In this document: positions 27,290-37,288 of the stretch, piece by piece
Numbering within the stretch: the stretch's first letter is position 1
How the letters are laid out: each line of letters begins with the position of its first letter
Source of the DNA: a bacterium BMS3Bbin05
Lineage (GTDB): Bacteria > Nitrospirota > Thermodesulfovibrionia > Thermodesulfovibrionales > BMS3Bbin05
Direction: 5' to 3'
Assembly (NCBI GenBank): GCA_002897855.1
Contig: BDTO01000080.1
Coordinates: 5,623 to 69,622 of the forward strand
Length of the DNA stretch: 64,000 nt
Made by a program: the position numbers and the translations under genes
Notes under the pieces: generated by a model
What the model was told of the DNA's origin: nothing
Databases searched by the model: none
The model's input: the letters and a program-made list of their open reading frames with translations, nothing else

Positions 27290-28054
27290 ATGAAATTTAA
27301 ATTTCTATTGCTGTCTTTCATGCTTTTACTGTCCGTCTCTGTTGTGTTGGCTGCGACATTCGGCACAAAGAAAAGAATGAAAAAGCCTTATGAATTCGGC
27401 AATGTCATAATAAATAACTATTCAAAGAAGAGCGAAATTGCCCCGGTTATTTTCAGGCATTGGACACACAGGTCAAAGTATACGTGCAGATTGTGCCATG
27501 TTGATATCGGGTTCGCTATGGAGGCCGGGGGCAGTGATATCAGGGAAGAAGATAACAAGATCGGATTGTATTGCGGAACATGTCATAATGGCAAAATTTC
27601 CTTTGATCTGAAATCGAAAGATAATTGCGTTAAGTGCCACTCCCTCGGAAAAGAGAGTGAGCCCGTTAAGAAATTTTATGAATTTTCAAACAAGATGCCC
27701 AAGGAACGCTTTGGAAACCGCATAGACTGGATGAAGGCCGAAGAGAAGGGAATAATTAAACTCCAGGATTATGTAGAAGGCGTATCGATGAAGAGAAAAC
27801 AGTTGAAGGCGGGGAAGGATTTCGAAGTCAAGTCCAAAATTCTTGGTATGCCTGATATTATCTTCTCACATAAAAAACATGCAGTTATGAACGGATGCGA
27901 ACTTTGTCACCCTGAAATATTCGGCGCAAAAAAGGGTGTTACCAAATATTCCATGGAGGATATATTCGCGGGGAAATATTGCGGCGCCTGTCATGATAAG
28001 GTGGCATTCCCTTTTTATGATTGCCAGCGTTGCCATGTAAAGGAAACATATTAG
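27290..28054 (+). CDS. hexahaem c-type cytochrome (two c7/c3-like trihaem halves)
   Basis: 254 aa with a signal peptide and 6 CxxCH motifs (CRLCH, CGTCH, CVKCH, CELCH, CGACH, CQRCH). Each half begins F(R/S)H..H. Confidence 0.85.
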   Translation: MKFKFLLLSFMLLLSVSVVLAATFGTKKRMKKPYEFGNVIINNYSKKSEIAPVIFRHWTHRSKYTCRLCHVDIGFAMEAGGSDIREEDNKIGLYCGTCHNGKISFDLKSKDNCVKCHSLGKESEPVKKFYEFSNKMPKERFGNRIDWMKAEEKGIIKLQDYVEGVSMKRKQLKAGKDFEVKSKILGMPDIIFSHKKHAVMNGCELCHPEIFGAKKGVTKYSMEDIFAGKYCGACHDKVAFPFYDCQRCHVKETY

Positions 28055-28105
28055 ATTCAGCTGATAAGGTCTGATATCTTTTGTTGATCTGAAAGTGAGA
28101 TCACA

Positions 28106-28864
28106 ATGCAGAGTATAGTCCTGCTTTTTTCCCTTGCTCTTCTGGGAGTGATGAACTACGCAACGTTGTGGGATTTTCCCAAACTCCCTCCGCCCTCACA
28201 ATACGGGAATATTCTGATAAACAGGATATCCGGAAAAAACGGTCAGCTGCCGGTTACTTTTTCACACTGGATTCACCGCATTAAGTATACCTGCAGGGTA
28301 TGCCACTCGGAACTGGATTTTGCAATGGAGGTCAACAAGACGGAAATTACTATGAAAAAAAACCGTGAAGGCGAATACTGCGGTGCCTGCCATAATGGTA
28401 AAACCGCATTTGGATTTACGAAAGAAAACTGTCCAAAATGTCATAATGGAGATATTGCATACGGGTCGGAAAAATTTGAAGAATTCAGAAGACATATGCC
28501 CAAGTCGCGCTATGGGAATAAGATCAACTGGTCAAAAGCCATCGGAAAGAAGAGGATCAAACCAAAAAGCAGTATCAGGGATGATGATTATTCACCAATA
28601 CCTTTCAAAAAGATGCTTGTCCTGAAGTCTGAGTGGTCTCTCACTGCTGACGCCTTTGCTGTTTTTTCGCACAAGAGGCACATCAGGTGGCTTGATTGTG
28701 CTGATTGTCATCCCGATATATTCAATATCAAAAAAAAGGGTACGAAATTCTTCAGAATGAAATATATTCTTGACCGTAAATTCTGTGGCGTGTGCCATAT
28801 GAACGTGGCATTTCCGGTGCAGGATTGCATACGATGCCATCCCGCGCTGGGAAGAAATGAATAG
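28106..28864 (+). CDS. hexahaem c-type cytochrome, paralog of 27290..28054
   Basis: 252 aa with 6 CxxCH motifs (CRVCH, CGACH, CPKCH, CADCH, CGVCH, CIRCH). Spacing and flanking motifs match the upstream gene (PVTFSHWIHRIKYTCRVCH vs PVIFRHWTHRSKYTCRLCH). Confidence 0.85.
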   Translation: MQSIVLLFSLALLGVMNYATLWDFPKLPPPSQYGNILINRISGKNGQLPVTFSHWIHRIKYTCRVCHSELDFAMEVNKTEITMKKNREGEYCGACHNGKTAFGFTKENCPKCHNGDIAYGSEKFEEFRRHMPKSRYGNKINWSKAIGKKRIKPKSSIRDDDYSPIPFKKMLVLKSEWSLTADAFAVFSHKRHIRWLDCADCHPDIFNIKKKGTKFFRMKYILDRKFCGVCHMNVAFPVQDCIRCHPALGRNE

Positions 28865-29015
28865 TAATGTAATCAGGTAAACAACTTTGATGGGCTTTAT
28901 ATAATTTCTTCAGCCGAATTATCCGCCGGTCTGACAAGTACTTCCCCGGAAAGAATGGGGTCTCTGATAAACGGCAGTTTTAATATTTTTCTATAGGCGC
29001 CTTTCGTAGAAACGG

Positions 29016-29168
29016 TAAATAGAGTCTGTGTATAAAGTCGGTTTCTCTATCTGTCATTTCCCGACTTAGTCGGGGAATCTATTCTTTTCAATAAATTCCG
29101 GATGTCCCGAAGGCTTTCGGGGCATGACAGGAATAAAAAAACAACAATTTATACACAGACTCTAAATA
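29016..29168 (+). mobile_element. MITE-like element, copy 1 (~153 bp, ~16-bp terminal inverted repeats AGAGTCTGTGTATAAA)
   Basis: taaatAGAGTCTGTGTATAAAgtc...gtcccgaaggctttcggggcatgac...TTTATACACAGACTCTaaata. Homologous copies lie at 40633..40786, 53973..54126 and 54121..54275. Confidence 0.8.
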
Positions 29169-29336
29169 AGCTAATAAAGGGAAAGGCCGGCGGTGACTGT
29201 GAAGGTTGTCTCCCTTTGATAATATGGAATAATGCCCCGCAGCACTTGAATTTATCGCCTGATGCGGTGCTCAACGGACAACAATTTTACGGGAACGAAT
29301 AAAATAAGCGTAAACAGTACATGAAATTTGATCTGT

Positions 29337-30143
29337 TCAGAAATTCATCCTGCAGTAGTCCGCCTCGTAGTCCTGAAGTTCGGTAATCGTAGGATTCTCT
29401 CCGCATACAGGGCATTTCGGATTCTTCGGTACTTTTACTTTCCTGAAACTTACCTTCAGGGCGTCATAGATAAGCATCCGGTTCTGAAGTACGTCGCCTT
29501 TCCCGATGATGAGTTTCAGTACCTCCATAGCCTGAAGTCCTCCGATAATACCGGGCAGGGCTCCGAGTACGCCGGCCTCCTGGCAGGAGGGAACAAGACC
29601 TGCCGGCGGCATCTCTTCAAAGAGGCACCTGTAGCAATGCCCTTGCCTGGGGATGATTGTCGTTACCTGTCCTTCAAACCTCAGTATGGCGCCGCTAACC
29701 AGAGGTTTCCCCACAAGCACGCACGCATCGTTCACAAGGTATCTTGTTGGGAAGTTGTCACTGCCGTCGACTACGACATCACAGTCTTCAATAAGGCCAA
29801 TTATATTATCTTTGGTTATCTTTTCATTCAACGCAATAACCTTGACATCCGGGTTCAATGCCTGAAATGTTTTTTTGGCGGATTCCGCCTTGGGCATACC
29901 CACTCTTTCGGTATTATGTGCAATCTGCCTCTGTAAATTGCTCAGTTCAACATTGTCATTGTCTATCATGACAATGGTTCCCACCCCCGCCGCCGTAAGA
30001 TAGTAACCAACAGGGCAGCCCAGTCCTCCCGCGCCTACTATGACAACTCTGGAGGAGAGAAGCCTTTCCTGCCCCTTGCCACCGACTTCAGGCAGGATTA
30101 TGTGTCTGCTGTATCTGTGAATCTGGTCATCAGTGAAATCCAT
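29337..30143 (-). CDS. MoeB/ThiF/HcyF-type sulfur-carrier adenylyltransferase (E1-like), no rhodanese domain
   Basis: 268 aa. RYSRHIILPEVG..GQ..L, the GAGGLGCP nucleotide loop, and two CxxC pairs (CYRC / CPVC). Confidence 0.88.
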   Translation of the reverse strand: MDFTDDQIHRYSRHIILPEVGGKGQERLLSSRVVIVGAGGLGCPVGYYLTAAGVGTIVMIDNDNVELSNLQRQIAHNTERVGMPKAESAKKTFQALNPDVKVIALNEKITKDNIIGLIEDCDVVVDGSDNFPTRYLVNDACVLVGKPLVSGAILRFEGQVTTIIPRQGHCYRCLFEEMPPAGLVPSCQEAGVLGALPGIIGGLQAMEVLKLIIGKGDVLQNRMLIYDALKVSFRKVKVPKNPKCPVCGENPTITELQDYEADYCRMNF

Positions 30144-30424
30144 TACTCTTTTTCCTTTCTAACCACTATAATCCATTCCCTGTCATTGATCTTTTCAACT
30201 TTTAGTACCTTCTGGCCGTGGTCCTGCATGGATTTTGGAATATTTTCTGTCGCATCTTTGTAGTCAAGCAAAATCTCGAGCACCTGCCCGAGTTCCAAAC
30301 TTTCTATTGCAAGTTTCGATCTTACAAAAGTGTATGGGCAGACGAGTCCCCTGATATCGACTTTTTTGTCCGGTTTGATCTGTTCCATTAAGCCTCCCCC
30401 GAAATTTGAAGAAGAGTCACTCAT
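30143..30424 (-). CDS. TusA/SirA-like sulfurtransferase
   Basis: 93 aa. DIRGLVCPYTFVRSKLAIESLELGQVLEILLD fits the TusA D.RG..CP.P......L..G..L pattern (CPYT in place of CPxP). 1-nt overlap with the E1 gene. Confidence 0.7.
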   Translation of the reverse strand: MSDSSSNFGGGLMEQIKPDKKVDIRGLVCPYTFVRSKLAIESLELGQVLEILLDYKDATENIPKSMQDHGQKVLKVEKINDREWIIVVRKEKE

Positions 30425-30493
30425 ATATAATTTTAAACATTATTGTCAGGATTTTTCAATGAAGGATATTCAGCGCCCCCGGCCGGGGTGAAA

Positions 30494-31795
30494 TTAATCC
30501 TCCCTGCCCTCGACACGTATAAAAATCGTTTTGTCCGCAACAACGTCCAGCCGGTCTATTTCTTCGATGGCTTTTTTAACATCTTTTTCTCTTGATTTAT
30601 GGGTCAGCACAACGAGCGGAACGGCTTCTCCCGCATGCCTGCCCTTCTGGATCACAGATGCTATGCTTATATTGTAAGAGCCGAGGATTCCTGAGATTCG
30701 GGATAATACCCCCGGTTTGTCAATGGCGGTAAATCTGAAGTAGTAAATTGAGTCGATGTCGTCGATATCCTTGACATGGAAGTTGCCATAGTGCCTGAGA
30801 GGAGCGTGATATGCACAGCCCTTTTTCGATGCTATATCGATGATGTCGCTTACGACGGCGCTGCCGGTCGGCATATCACCTGCCCCTTTGCCATAGTAGA
30901 GCGTCTCCCCGACTGCATTACCGTTTACATACACGGCGTTGAAGACGCCGTCGACCTTTGCTATCATGTAATTTTCGGGAATCATTGTAGGATGGACTCT
31001 CATCTCAATTTCATCATTAACCGCCTTTGTAATGGCAAGCAGTTTTATCCTGTATCCGAATTCCTTTGCAAATTGAATGTCATGAGTTGATATCTTTGAG
31101 ATGCCCTCGCAGTATAACATGTTGTAAGAAAGGGGGATGCCATAAATGAGTGATGATATAAGAGTCAGTTTGTGTGCAGAATCAATTCCCTCTATATCTA
31201 ATGTTGGATCAGCTTCCGCATATCCAAGTTCCTGAGCTTCTTTCAAAGCGGAATTAAAATCAACATTCTCAGAAGTCATTTTTGTGAGGATGTAATTGCA
31301 GGTACCGTTGATTATTCCGTAGACGGAAAGAATTCTGTTTGCGGCGAGTCCTTCCCTCAGGATCTTGATAATGGGGATGCCGCCTGCGACGGAAGCCTCG
31401 AATCCGAGATAAACACCCTTTTCCCTTGCAGCCTCAAAGAGTTCATTGCCTTCGGTTGCGAGAAGCGCCTTGTTTGCCGTGACTATATGTTTTCCGTTTC
31501 TTATGGCCTGGAGTATGAAATCCCTGGCCGGGTCTGTTCCTCCTATCAACTCTACGATGATATCTATTTCCGGGTCGTTGAGAAGTTTCTTTGCATCGTC
31601 AATAAGGACTCCCGCGGGAAGCTTGATCCCACGGTCTGTCTCTGTGTCAGGATCCGCAATGCTTTTCAGTTCCAGCTTAACCCCGGTGCGTTCCGCAATG
31701 AACTCATTATTGTCCAGGATTATTTTTGCAGTACCGCTTCCAACAGTACCAAACCCTATTATCCCGATTTTTACTGTCTGCATGATGACCGACAC
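30494..31795 (-). CDS. hom: homoserine dehydrogenase with C-terminal ACT domain
   Basis: 433 aa. The IGIIGFGTVGSG Rossmann loop, homoserine_dh core motifs, and an ACT-like tail (DKPGVLSRISGILG). Confidence 0.92.
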   Translation of the reverse strand: MSVIMQTVKIGIIGFGTVGSGTAKIILDNNEFIAERTGVKLELKSIADPDTETDRGIKLPAGVLIDDAKKLLNDPEIDIIVELIGGTDPARDFILQAIRNGKHIVTANKALLATEGNELFEAAREKGVYLGFEASVAGGIPIIKILREGLAANRILSVYGIINGTCNYILTKMTSENVDFNSALKEAQELGYAEADPTLDIEGIDSAHKLTLISSLIYGIPLSYNMLYCEGISKISTHDIQFAKEFGYRIKLLAITKAVNDEIEMRVHPTMIPENYMIAKVDGVFNAVYVNGNAVGETLYYGKGAGDMPTGSAVVSDIIDIASKKGCAYHAPLRHYGNFHVKDIDDIDSIYYFRFTAIDKPGVLSRISGILGSYNISIASVIQKGRHAGEAVPLVVLTHKSREKDVKKAIEEIDRLDVVADKTIFIRVEGRED

Positions 31796-31800
31796 TCCAA

Positions 31801-32976
31801 CTAAGATGTTTTCAGCAGTTGTCTTATCCCTCTTACAGCCTGTCTTATCCTGTGTTCATTTTCAACAAGGGCAAACCTGACGTATTCGTCTCCACCCTCG
31901 CCGAATCCTATCCCCGGCGAGACGGCTACTTTTGCCCTTTTTAATACTGTTTTGGCGAATTCCAGAGAGCCCATTTCCCTGAAGGGCTCCGGTATCTTTG
32001 CCCAGACAAACATGGTAGCCCTGGGATGTCTTATGTCCCAGCCCGCATTTTTTAAACCGCTTATCAGGGTATTTCTTCTCTTCTCGTATATATTCTTCAT
32101 TTCTTTTACGCAGTCCTGCGGCCCTCTGAATGCGACGATGCTTGCAATCTGTATGGGCTGGAACATTCCATAATCCAGATAACTCTTTATTTTTGTGAGC
32201 GCTCCTACAATTTCCCTGTTGCCCGCGCAGAAGCCGACCCGCCATCCTGCCATGGAATAACTCTTTGTCATGCTGAAAAATTCTACTCCAACATCTTTTG
32301 CCCCCTTTGCCTGTAGGAAGCTCGGAGCTTTGTAGTCGTCAAAGGTAAGGTCTGCATATGCAAAATCGTGAATTACGATTAATTTATTTTCCTTTGCAAA
32401 ATCGACCACCTTCTGGAAGAAGTCGGGATCCACACACTCCGTGGTCGGATTATGGGGAAAATTGATTATAAGCAGCTTGGGCCTGGGCCATGTGTTCTTG
32501 TATGCCTTCTCCATCTCATCGAAGAAATTAATGCCTTCTCCGATTGGGATACTTCTCACCTCCCCACCGGCAATGATTACGCTGTAAGGATGAATCGGAT
32601 AGGCAGGAGTTGGAGTAAGGGTTACATCACCGGGCTCGACTATCGCAAGAACAAGATGGCTCAGTCCCTCTTTTGAGCCTATGGTGGCTACGGCCTCTGT
32701 CTCGGGATCTATGTCAACGTCAAATCTCCTCTTATACCATTCCGACAGTGCAACCCTGAGCTGAGTAATGCCTTTCGATGCCGAATACCTGTGGTTTTTC
32801 GGATTATTCGCCGCCTCACATAATTTACCAACTACATGTTCAGGTGCGGGCAGATCCGGATTGCCCATACCGAGGTCTATTATGTCATCACCTTTTCTGC
32901 GTGCCTCGTGCTTGAGGTTATTTACAATGGAGAATACATAGGGCGGCAGTCTTTTTATTCTGTTAAACTGGAACAT
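31801..32976 (-). CDS. class I/II PLP aminotransferase (AlaA/AspC-like)
   Basis: 391 aa. LPPYVF...........[13 protein letters not shown]-terminus and an [17 protein letters not shown]-lysine region. Confidence 0.88.
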   Translation of the reverse strand: MFQFNRIKRLPPYVFSIVNNLKHEARRKGDDIIDLGMGNPDLPAPEHVVGKLCEAANNPKNHRYSASKGITQLRVALSEWYKRRFDVDIDPETEAVATIGSKEGLSHLVLAIVEPGDVTLTPTPAYPIHPYSVIIAGGEVRSIPIGEGINFFDEMEKAYKNTWPRPKLLIINFPHNPTTECVDPDFFQKVVDFAKENKLIVIHDFAYADLTFDDYKAPSFLQAKGAKDVGVEFFSMTKSYSMAGWRVGFCAGNREIVGALTKIKSYLDYGMFQPIQIASIVAFRGPQDCVKEMKNIYEKRRNTLISGLKNAGWDIRHPRATMFVWAKIPEPFREMGSLEFAKTVLKRAKVAVSPGIGFGEGGDEYVRFALVENEHRIRQAVRGIRQLLKTS

Positions 32977-33090
32977 TTTCTATAGCCTATCCTGCCTGAG
33001 TTTAAATAGATACCAAATTATTATACATCACTGCTGCCTAAAAATATTTAGTATTTTGATGTGCCGGACAGGTATGATTATACATGAAGG

Positions 33091-33936
33091 TTAATCATTA
33101 TGTAAAAAAAGTTCTTCTGCATTCATCGAGCTTCTTACCAGAGGGGCGGAGGCGACGAATCTGAACCCGAGCCTCTGTGCCTGATCTTTGTATTTGTCAA
33201 ATATATCAGGGTGAACATACTCCCTGACGGGGATGTTGTTTTTTTCAGGCCGAAGATACTGTCCGATAGTAAGCATACGACAGCCCGCTTCTCTCAGGTC
33301 TTTCATTACATTAGCGACCTCTTCGAAACTTTCTCCGAGGCCGACCATGAGACCCGATTTTGTTAGCGCTCCGCGAGAAAGGCCGGCTGCCCTCCGGAGA
33401 ACGGATAGCGACCGTTTATAGTCGGCCTGGGGTCTTACCTTGGCGTACAGATGCGGAACGGTTTCGATATTGTGATTAAAGACATCAGGGCATGCATCAA
33501 GTACCGTCTTGATTGAGTTGGAATCGCCCCTGAAGTCGGGTGTAAGTATCTCTATCCTGGCTTCCGCAACGCTCTCCCGAATTGCGCGGACCGTGAGAGC
33601 AAACTGTTCCGCCCCTCCATCGGGCAGGTCATCACGCGTAACCGATGTTACAACGACATATTTGAGCCCCATTTCTTTTACGGCCCGCGCTACCCTTTCG
33701 GGCTCTTCCGGGTCCGGCGGAGAAGGACGGCCCGGATTGACAGAACAGAATGAACAGTTTCTTGTACAGTGGTCGCCGAGGATAAGAAAGGTAGCCGTTG
33801 GTTTGGAGAAACAGTGCCCCCTGTTCGGGCACCGCGCCTCTTCACATACCGTAGAGAGGCGGTGTCCTCTCAAAATGCTTTTGGTCCTGTGGAGATTACT
33901 GAAGGTATTTGTTCTTAACCATGGCGGAAGTCTCAT
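33091..33936 (-). CDS. lipA: lipoyl synthase
   Basis: 281 aa. CEEARCPN..(C) auxiliary cluster motif and the radical-SAM CTRNCSFC motif. Confidence 0.93.
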   Translation of the reverse strand: MRLPPWLRTNTFSNLHRTKSILRGHRLSTVCEEARCPNRGHCFSKPTATFLILGDHCTRNCSFCSVNPGRPSPPDPEEPERVARAVKEMGLKYVVVTSVTRDDLPDGGAEQFALTVRAIRESVAEARIEILTPDFRGDSNSIKTVLDACPDVFNHNIETVPHLYAKVRPQADYKRSLSVLRRAAGLSRGALTKSGLMVGLGESFEEVANVMKDLREAGCRMLTIGQYLRPEKNNIPVREYVHPDIFDKYKDQAQRLGFRFVASAPLVRSSMNAEELFLHND

Positions 33937-34222
33937 ACATATAAAGGTAAATATAAGTTGCGGGCTTTGTCAATAATGAGAATCTGTTACTCGTCACTGC
34001 GGCGTACGCAAGTACGCCTCATTGCCTGGAAATTTGTGCGCCTTGTATCTGATGATTTTTGCTTAGCCATCCCTTTTTGGACTTTTTGCGAGTGCATCAA
34101 TCAAGGGCAATACCGGATCATTCTGTTTAAAGTGGCGGGAGAAAAATATTCCATGTGCATAAAAAATGCATGCAGAATTATAACAAAATTGTTATACTTA
34201 TTAAATCCAGAGGGGGATTGCC

Positions 34223-35497
34223 ATGAGTTTCCTTAATAAAACTCGGAAATCTGTTCCACAGTATCAGGATGTGGTTGATCGTGTCTGCTCGCTCCTTTCC
34301 GATAACCGATCCCTTTCCGCTCTCTTCATGAACTTCTCAAAGATCAGCGGAATAGAGAAACATTATGGCAAGAAGGTGTACCTGGATATCATGGGCAATA
34401 TCCGGAAAATACTGTCAGAGGCAAAAGGAAAGATTATACGGAAAGAGGATATTATTGTCTCTACTGAAACAGGAGATGAATTTATCATCTTTCTTACAAA
34501 AAAACGGGAGGATAAGTCCGATTTTTATCCTTCGGACCTCGAAAGCCTTTGTGACAGGATGACCGACTGGTTAAACGAAAATATTCCCGCCATTACCTTT
34601 CCATATTTCAAGGGAAGACCGAGAGTGGGTGTCGGATACGCGATCGTTTTACATAATCCTCTTATCAGGGAAGAAAAGCTCGTTAATAAATTGATAGATG
34701 ATGCCAGGCTTATGGCCGAATACCAAGGCTTTAAGACCATGATGAGGGATAAGGAAAAGCTTCAGGAGTTGATAATAAAAGAAAGTATCATAACGGTCTT
34801 TCATCCAATCGTGGACTTTGTTAAAAAGAAAATTATCGGTTATGAAGCTCTTACCCGCGGGCCTGAAGGCACCGAATATGAAAGCCCTTATGTTTTATTT
34901 GATGCCGCATCCGACTCGGAATTGCTTTTTGAGCTCGACAGGCTCTGCAGGCAAAAGGCCCTGCTCAATGCAAAGGGGTTAAGCAGCGACTACAGACTGT
35001 TTATGAACTGTATTCCGTCTGCGGTTCATGACCCTGAATTCAGAGGCAGGTATTTGCAGGCGTTGCTTGATGAAGTTTCTATCAGACCCGAGAACGTGGT
35101 TTTTGAGGTGACCGAGAGGGAGGCTATCGATAACTATCATCTTTTCAGGGAGGCAGTAGAATATTACACCGACTTTGGTTTTTCCATAGCCGTGGATGAT
35201 GCGGGTGCGGGCTACTCAAGCCTTGAGACCATTGTTGAATTGAAGCCCCATTATATAAAACTTGATATTTCAATAATCAGAGGTATTGAAAAAAATATAC
35301 TGAAGCAGGAACTGATCAGGGCGATTAAAAGTCTTGCGGATAAGATGCATTCAACTGTGATCGCAGAAGGTATAGAGACTGAAGCGGAATTGAGCGCTTT
35401 AAAGGAAATCGGAATTCAGACCGGACAGGGGTTTCTGTTTGCAAAACCAGGACCTGCCTTTCCTGATATAAACAGAAATATTATCCAATCTGCATAA
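34223..35497 (+). CDS. c-di-GMP phosphodiesterase: degenerate GGDEF-like N-domain + EAL domain
   Basis: 424 aa. YEALTRGP, EVTERE, DDAGAGYSSL, KLDISI, EGIET and QGFLFAKP EAL-domain motifs. The N-terminal half carries only TGDEF. Confidence 0.88.
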   Translation: MSFLNKTRKSVPQYQDVVDRVCSLLSDNRSLSALFMNFSKISGIEKHYGKKVYLDIMGNIRKILSEAKGKIIRKEDIIVSTETGDEFIIFLTKKREDKSDFYPSDLESLCDRMTDWLNENIPAITFPYFKGRPRVGVGYAIVLHNPLIREEKLVNKLIDDARLMAEYQGFKTMMRDKEKLQELIIKESIITVFHPIVDFVKKKIIGYEALTRGPEGTEYESPYVLFDAASDSELLFELDRLCRQKALLNAKGLSSDYRLFMNCIPSAVHDPEFRGRYLQALLDEVSIRPENVVFEVTEREAIDNYHLFREAVEYYTDFGFSIAVDDAGAGYSSLETIVELKPHYIKLDISIIRGIEKNILKQELIRAIKSLADKMHSTVIAEGIETEAELSALKEIGIQTGQGFLFAKPGPAFPDINRNIIQSA

Positions 35498-35570
35498 TCA
35501 ATCCTCATCAATGTTTTTTCAAATCCCCCCGGTCCCCCCTTTTCTAAAGGGGGGTAAAAAAGATATTATT

Positions 35571-35617
35571 GGTCTTCCCCGTGATAAGGCCACGGGGTGT
35601 ACGCTCGCTATCCATTT
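35571..35617 (-). repeat. Dispersed repeat family 1, partial inverted copy
   Basis: The reverse complement aaatggatagcgagcgtacaccccgtggccttatcacgggg matches the 5' part of copies at 1395 and 49849. Confidence 0.75.
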
Positions 35618-35649
35618 AATGACCATTTGCATTATGTTATACTTTTTTT

Positions 35650-36414
35650 ATGAATCTGAAAAAACTTGTGGAGATAATGAGTACTCTTAGGGCTGAGGAC
35701 GGTTGCCCGTGGGACAGGGAGCAGACACGGGAGTCGCTCAAGCCCTTTCTTATTGAAGAGACGTATGAAGTGATAGAGGCTATCGATGAAGGGGATTCAG
35801 GCAAAATAAAGGAAGAACTCGGGGACCTCCTGTTCCAGATAATATTCCATGCACAGATAGGAAAGGAGAAAGGAGAATTTGACATCAACGATGTTATAGA
35901 AAGGTCCGCGCAAAAAATGATTGCACGTCATCCCCATGTATTCGGTGATGAAGATTGCGGTTCTTCAGAAGAAGTGTTAAAGAGGTGGGATGACCACAAG
36001 AGAAAAGAGGGGAAGCTGAAGGACTCCATACTCGACGGCGTACCCGGGAGTCTGCCTTCACTGCTCAGGGCTCACAGGCTCCAGGAAAGGGTATCGAGGG
36101 TCGGATTTGACTGGGAAAAAGCTGAAGATATTCTAAGAAAGCTTGATGAGGAGATAAGCGAATTCAGGGAAGCACTGCAAAACGATTCAGCAGATAAAGT
36201 GGAGAATGAACTGGGTGATATATTCTTTGTACTGGTTAATATTTCGAGGTTTGCAGGCGTAGATCCTGAAAATGCCCTGCGCAGGGCCATAGGCAAATTT
36301 GTGAGACGTTTTCGCCATATAGAAATGGCTGCAGATGAAAAAAAAATGTCTCTTTCAGAGATGAGTCTCAATGAAATGAATGAACTATGGGAGTCGGCAA
36401 AAAAGGGTGAATAA
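35650..36414 (+). CDS. mazG: nucleoside triphosphate pyrophosphohydrolase MazG
   Basis: 254 aa. GCPWDREQT..SL....IEE.YE..EAI and two EELGD(L/I)(L/F)F MazG repeats. Confidence 0.9.
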   Translation: MNLKKLVEIMSTLRAEDGCPWDREQTRESLKPFLIEETYEVIEAIDEGDSGKIKEELGDLLFQIIFHAQIGKEKGEFDINDVIERSAQKMIARHPHVFGDEDCGSSEEVLKRWDDHKRKEGKLKDSILDGVPGSLPSLLRAHRLQERVSRVGFDWEKAEDILRKLDEEISEFREALQNDSADKVENELGDIFFVLVNISRFAGVDPENALRRAIGKFVRRFRHIEMAADEKKMSLSEMSLNEMNELWESAKKGE

Positions 36415-36544
36415 TTTTCTTGACATCGGGAAATAAGAATGTTATAAAAGATTAGCCTGTATTTTGCAGGTTTATCACCGCAGCAACATTATTTACTGTC
36501 TTTCTGCAGGATGTTGTGTCCGGTAAAAAGGAGGCTTCAGAAGT

Positions 36545-36751
36545 ATGTCTTACCGTGGTACAGTCAAGTGGTTTAATGAACAGAAAGGGTTTGGCTTTAT
36601 TACCCAGGAAAACGGGCAGGATATATTTGTCCACTACTCATCCATCCAGACTGATGGATACAAGACACTTGCGGAAGGTCAGCAGGTTGAGTTTGACATT
36701 GTCGAAGGCGAAAAAGGTCCAAAAGCAACGAATGTAGTAAAAGTAAGCTGA
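36545..36751 (+). CDS. cspA: cold-shock protein (CspA family)
   Basis: 68 aa. [15 protein letters not shown] (RNP1) and DIFVHYS (RNP2). Confidence 0.93.
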   Translation: MSYRGTVKWFNEQKGFGFITQENGQDIFVHYSSIQTDGYKTLAEGQQVEFDIVEGEKGPKATNVVKVS

Positions 36752-36757
36752 TCAGGA

Positions 36758-36790
36758 AAAGGGCTGCTTTTCCGTGCAGCCCTTTCTAAT
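36758..36790 (+). terminator. rho-independent terminator after csp
   Basis: A perfect 10-bp stem, aaagggctgc / gcagcccttt, with an 8-nt loop, followed by a T-rich tail. Confidence 0.7.
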
Positions 36791-36832
36791 ATTTCTTCAT
36801 TTCCCTTTTTTAAGGATAATAAATAATAAATA

Positions 36833-37276
36833 TTGCCACGCTTTTGTATAAGAGATATGTGCCAGGATGATCTTGAGGCTGTCATCTCTATAGAGATGTA
36901 CAGCTTTACAACTCCCTGGTCTCAAACGGTTTTTTATGAAGAGATGTCCAACCCGCTTTCAATATTGAAAGTGGCGGAGTCCAACGGGAATGTTGTTGGA
37001 TATATCTGTGCATCACATATAATGGGGGAGGGACATATTCTGGATCTGGCCGTCAGTATTTTATACAGGAGAATGGGGATAGCGACCATCCTGATCGAGA
37101 ATATAATAGCGGTTCTGAAAGAATATTCCTGTAGCAAGGTCTGCCTCGAGGTGAGGGCGGGCAACAGGGCGGCAATTGAAATGTACAGAAAGCTCGAATT
37201 CGTTGAATCCTCAAGAAGCAAGGGATATTATCGCCAGCCGAGAGAAGATGCAGTCATAATGTTGAGGGATTTGTAG
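36833..37276 (+). CDS. rimI: ribosomal-protein-alanine N-acetyltransferase (GNAT)
   Basis: 147 aa. IR.M...DL..V..IE...F..PWS and a Q/RxxGxA-like RRMGIAT acetyl-CoA loop. Non-ATG (TTG) start as listed. Confidence 0.8.
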   Translation: MPRFCIRDMCQDDLEAVISIEMYSFTTPWSQTVFYEEMSNPLSILKVAESNGNVVGYICASHIMGEGHILDLAVSILYRRMGIATILIENIIAVLKEYSCSKVCLEVRAGNRAAIEMYRKLEFVESSRSKGYYRQPREDAVIMLRDL

Positions 37277-37288
37277 GAATGGCAGCGG

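Noticed and set aside
29102-29302. 66-aa + strand ORF
   Set aside because: It starts inside MITE copy 1 and runs into the spacer, so it is likely a chance ORF.
29328-29936. 202-aa + strand ORF
   Set aside because: It is antisense to the MoeB/ThiF-like gene.
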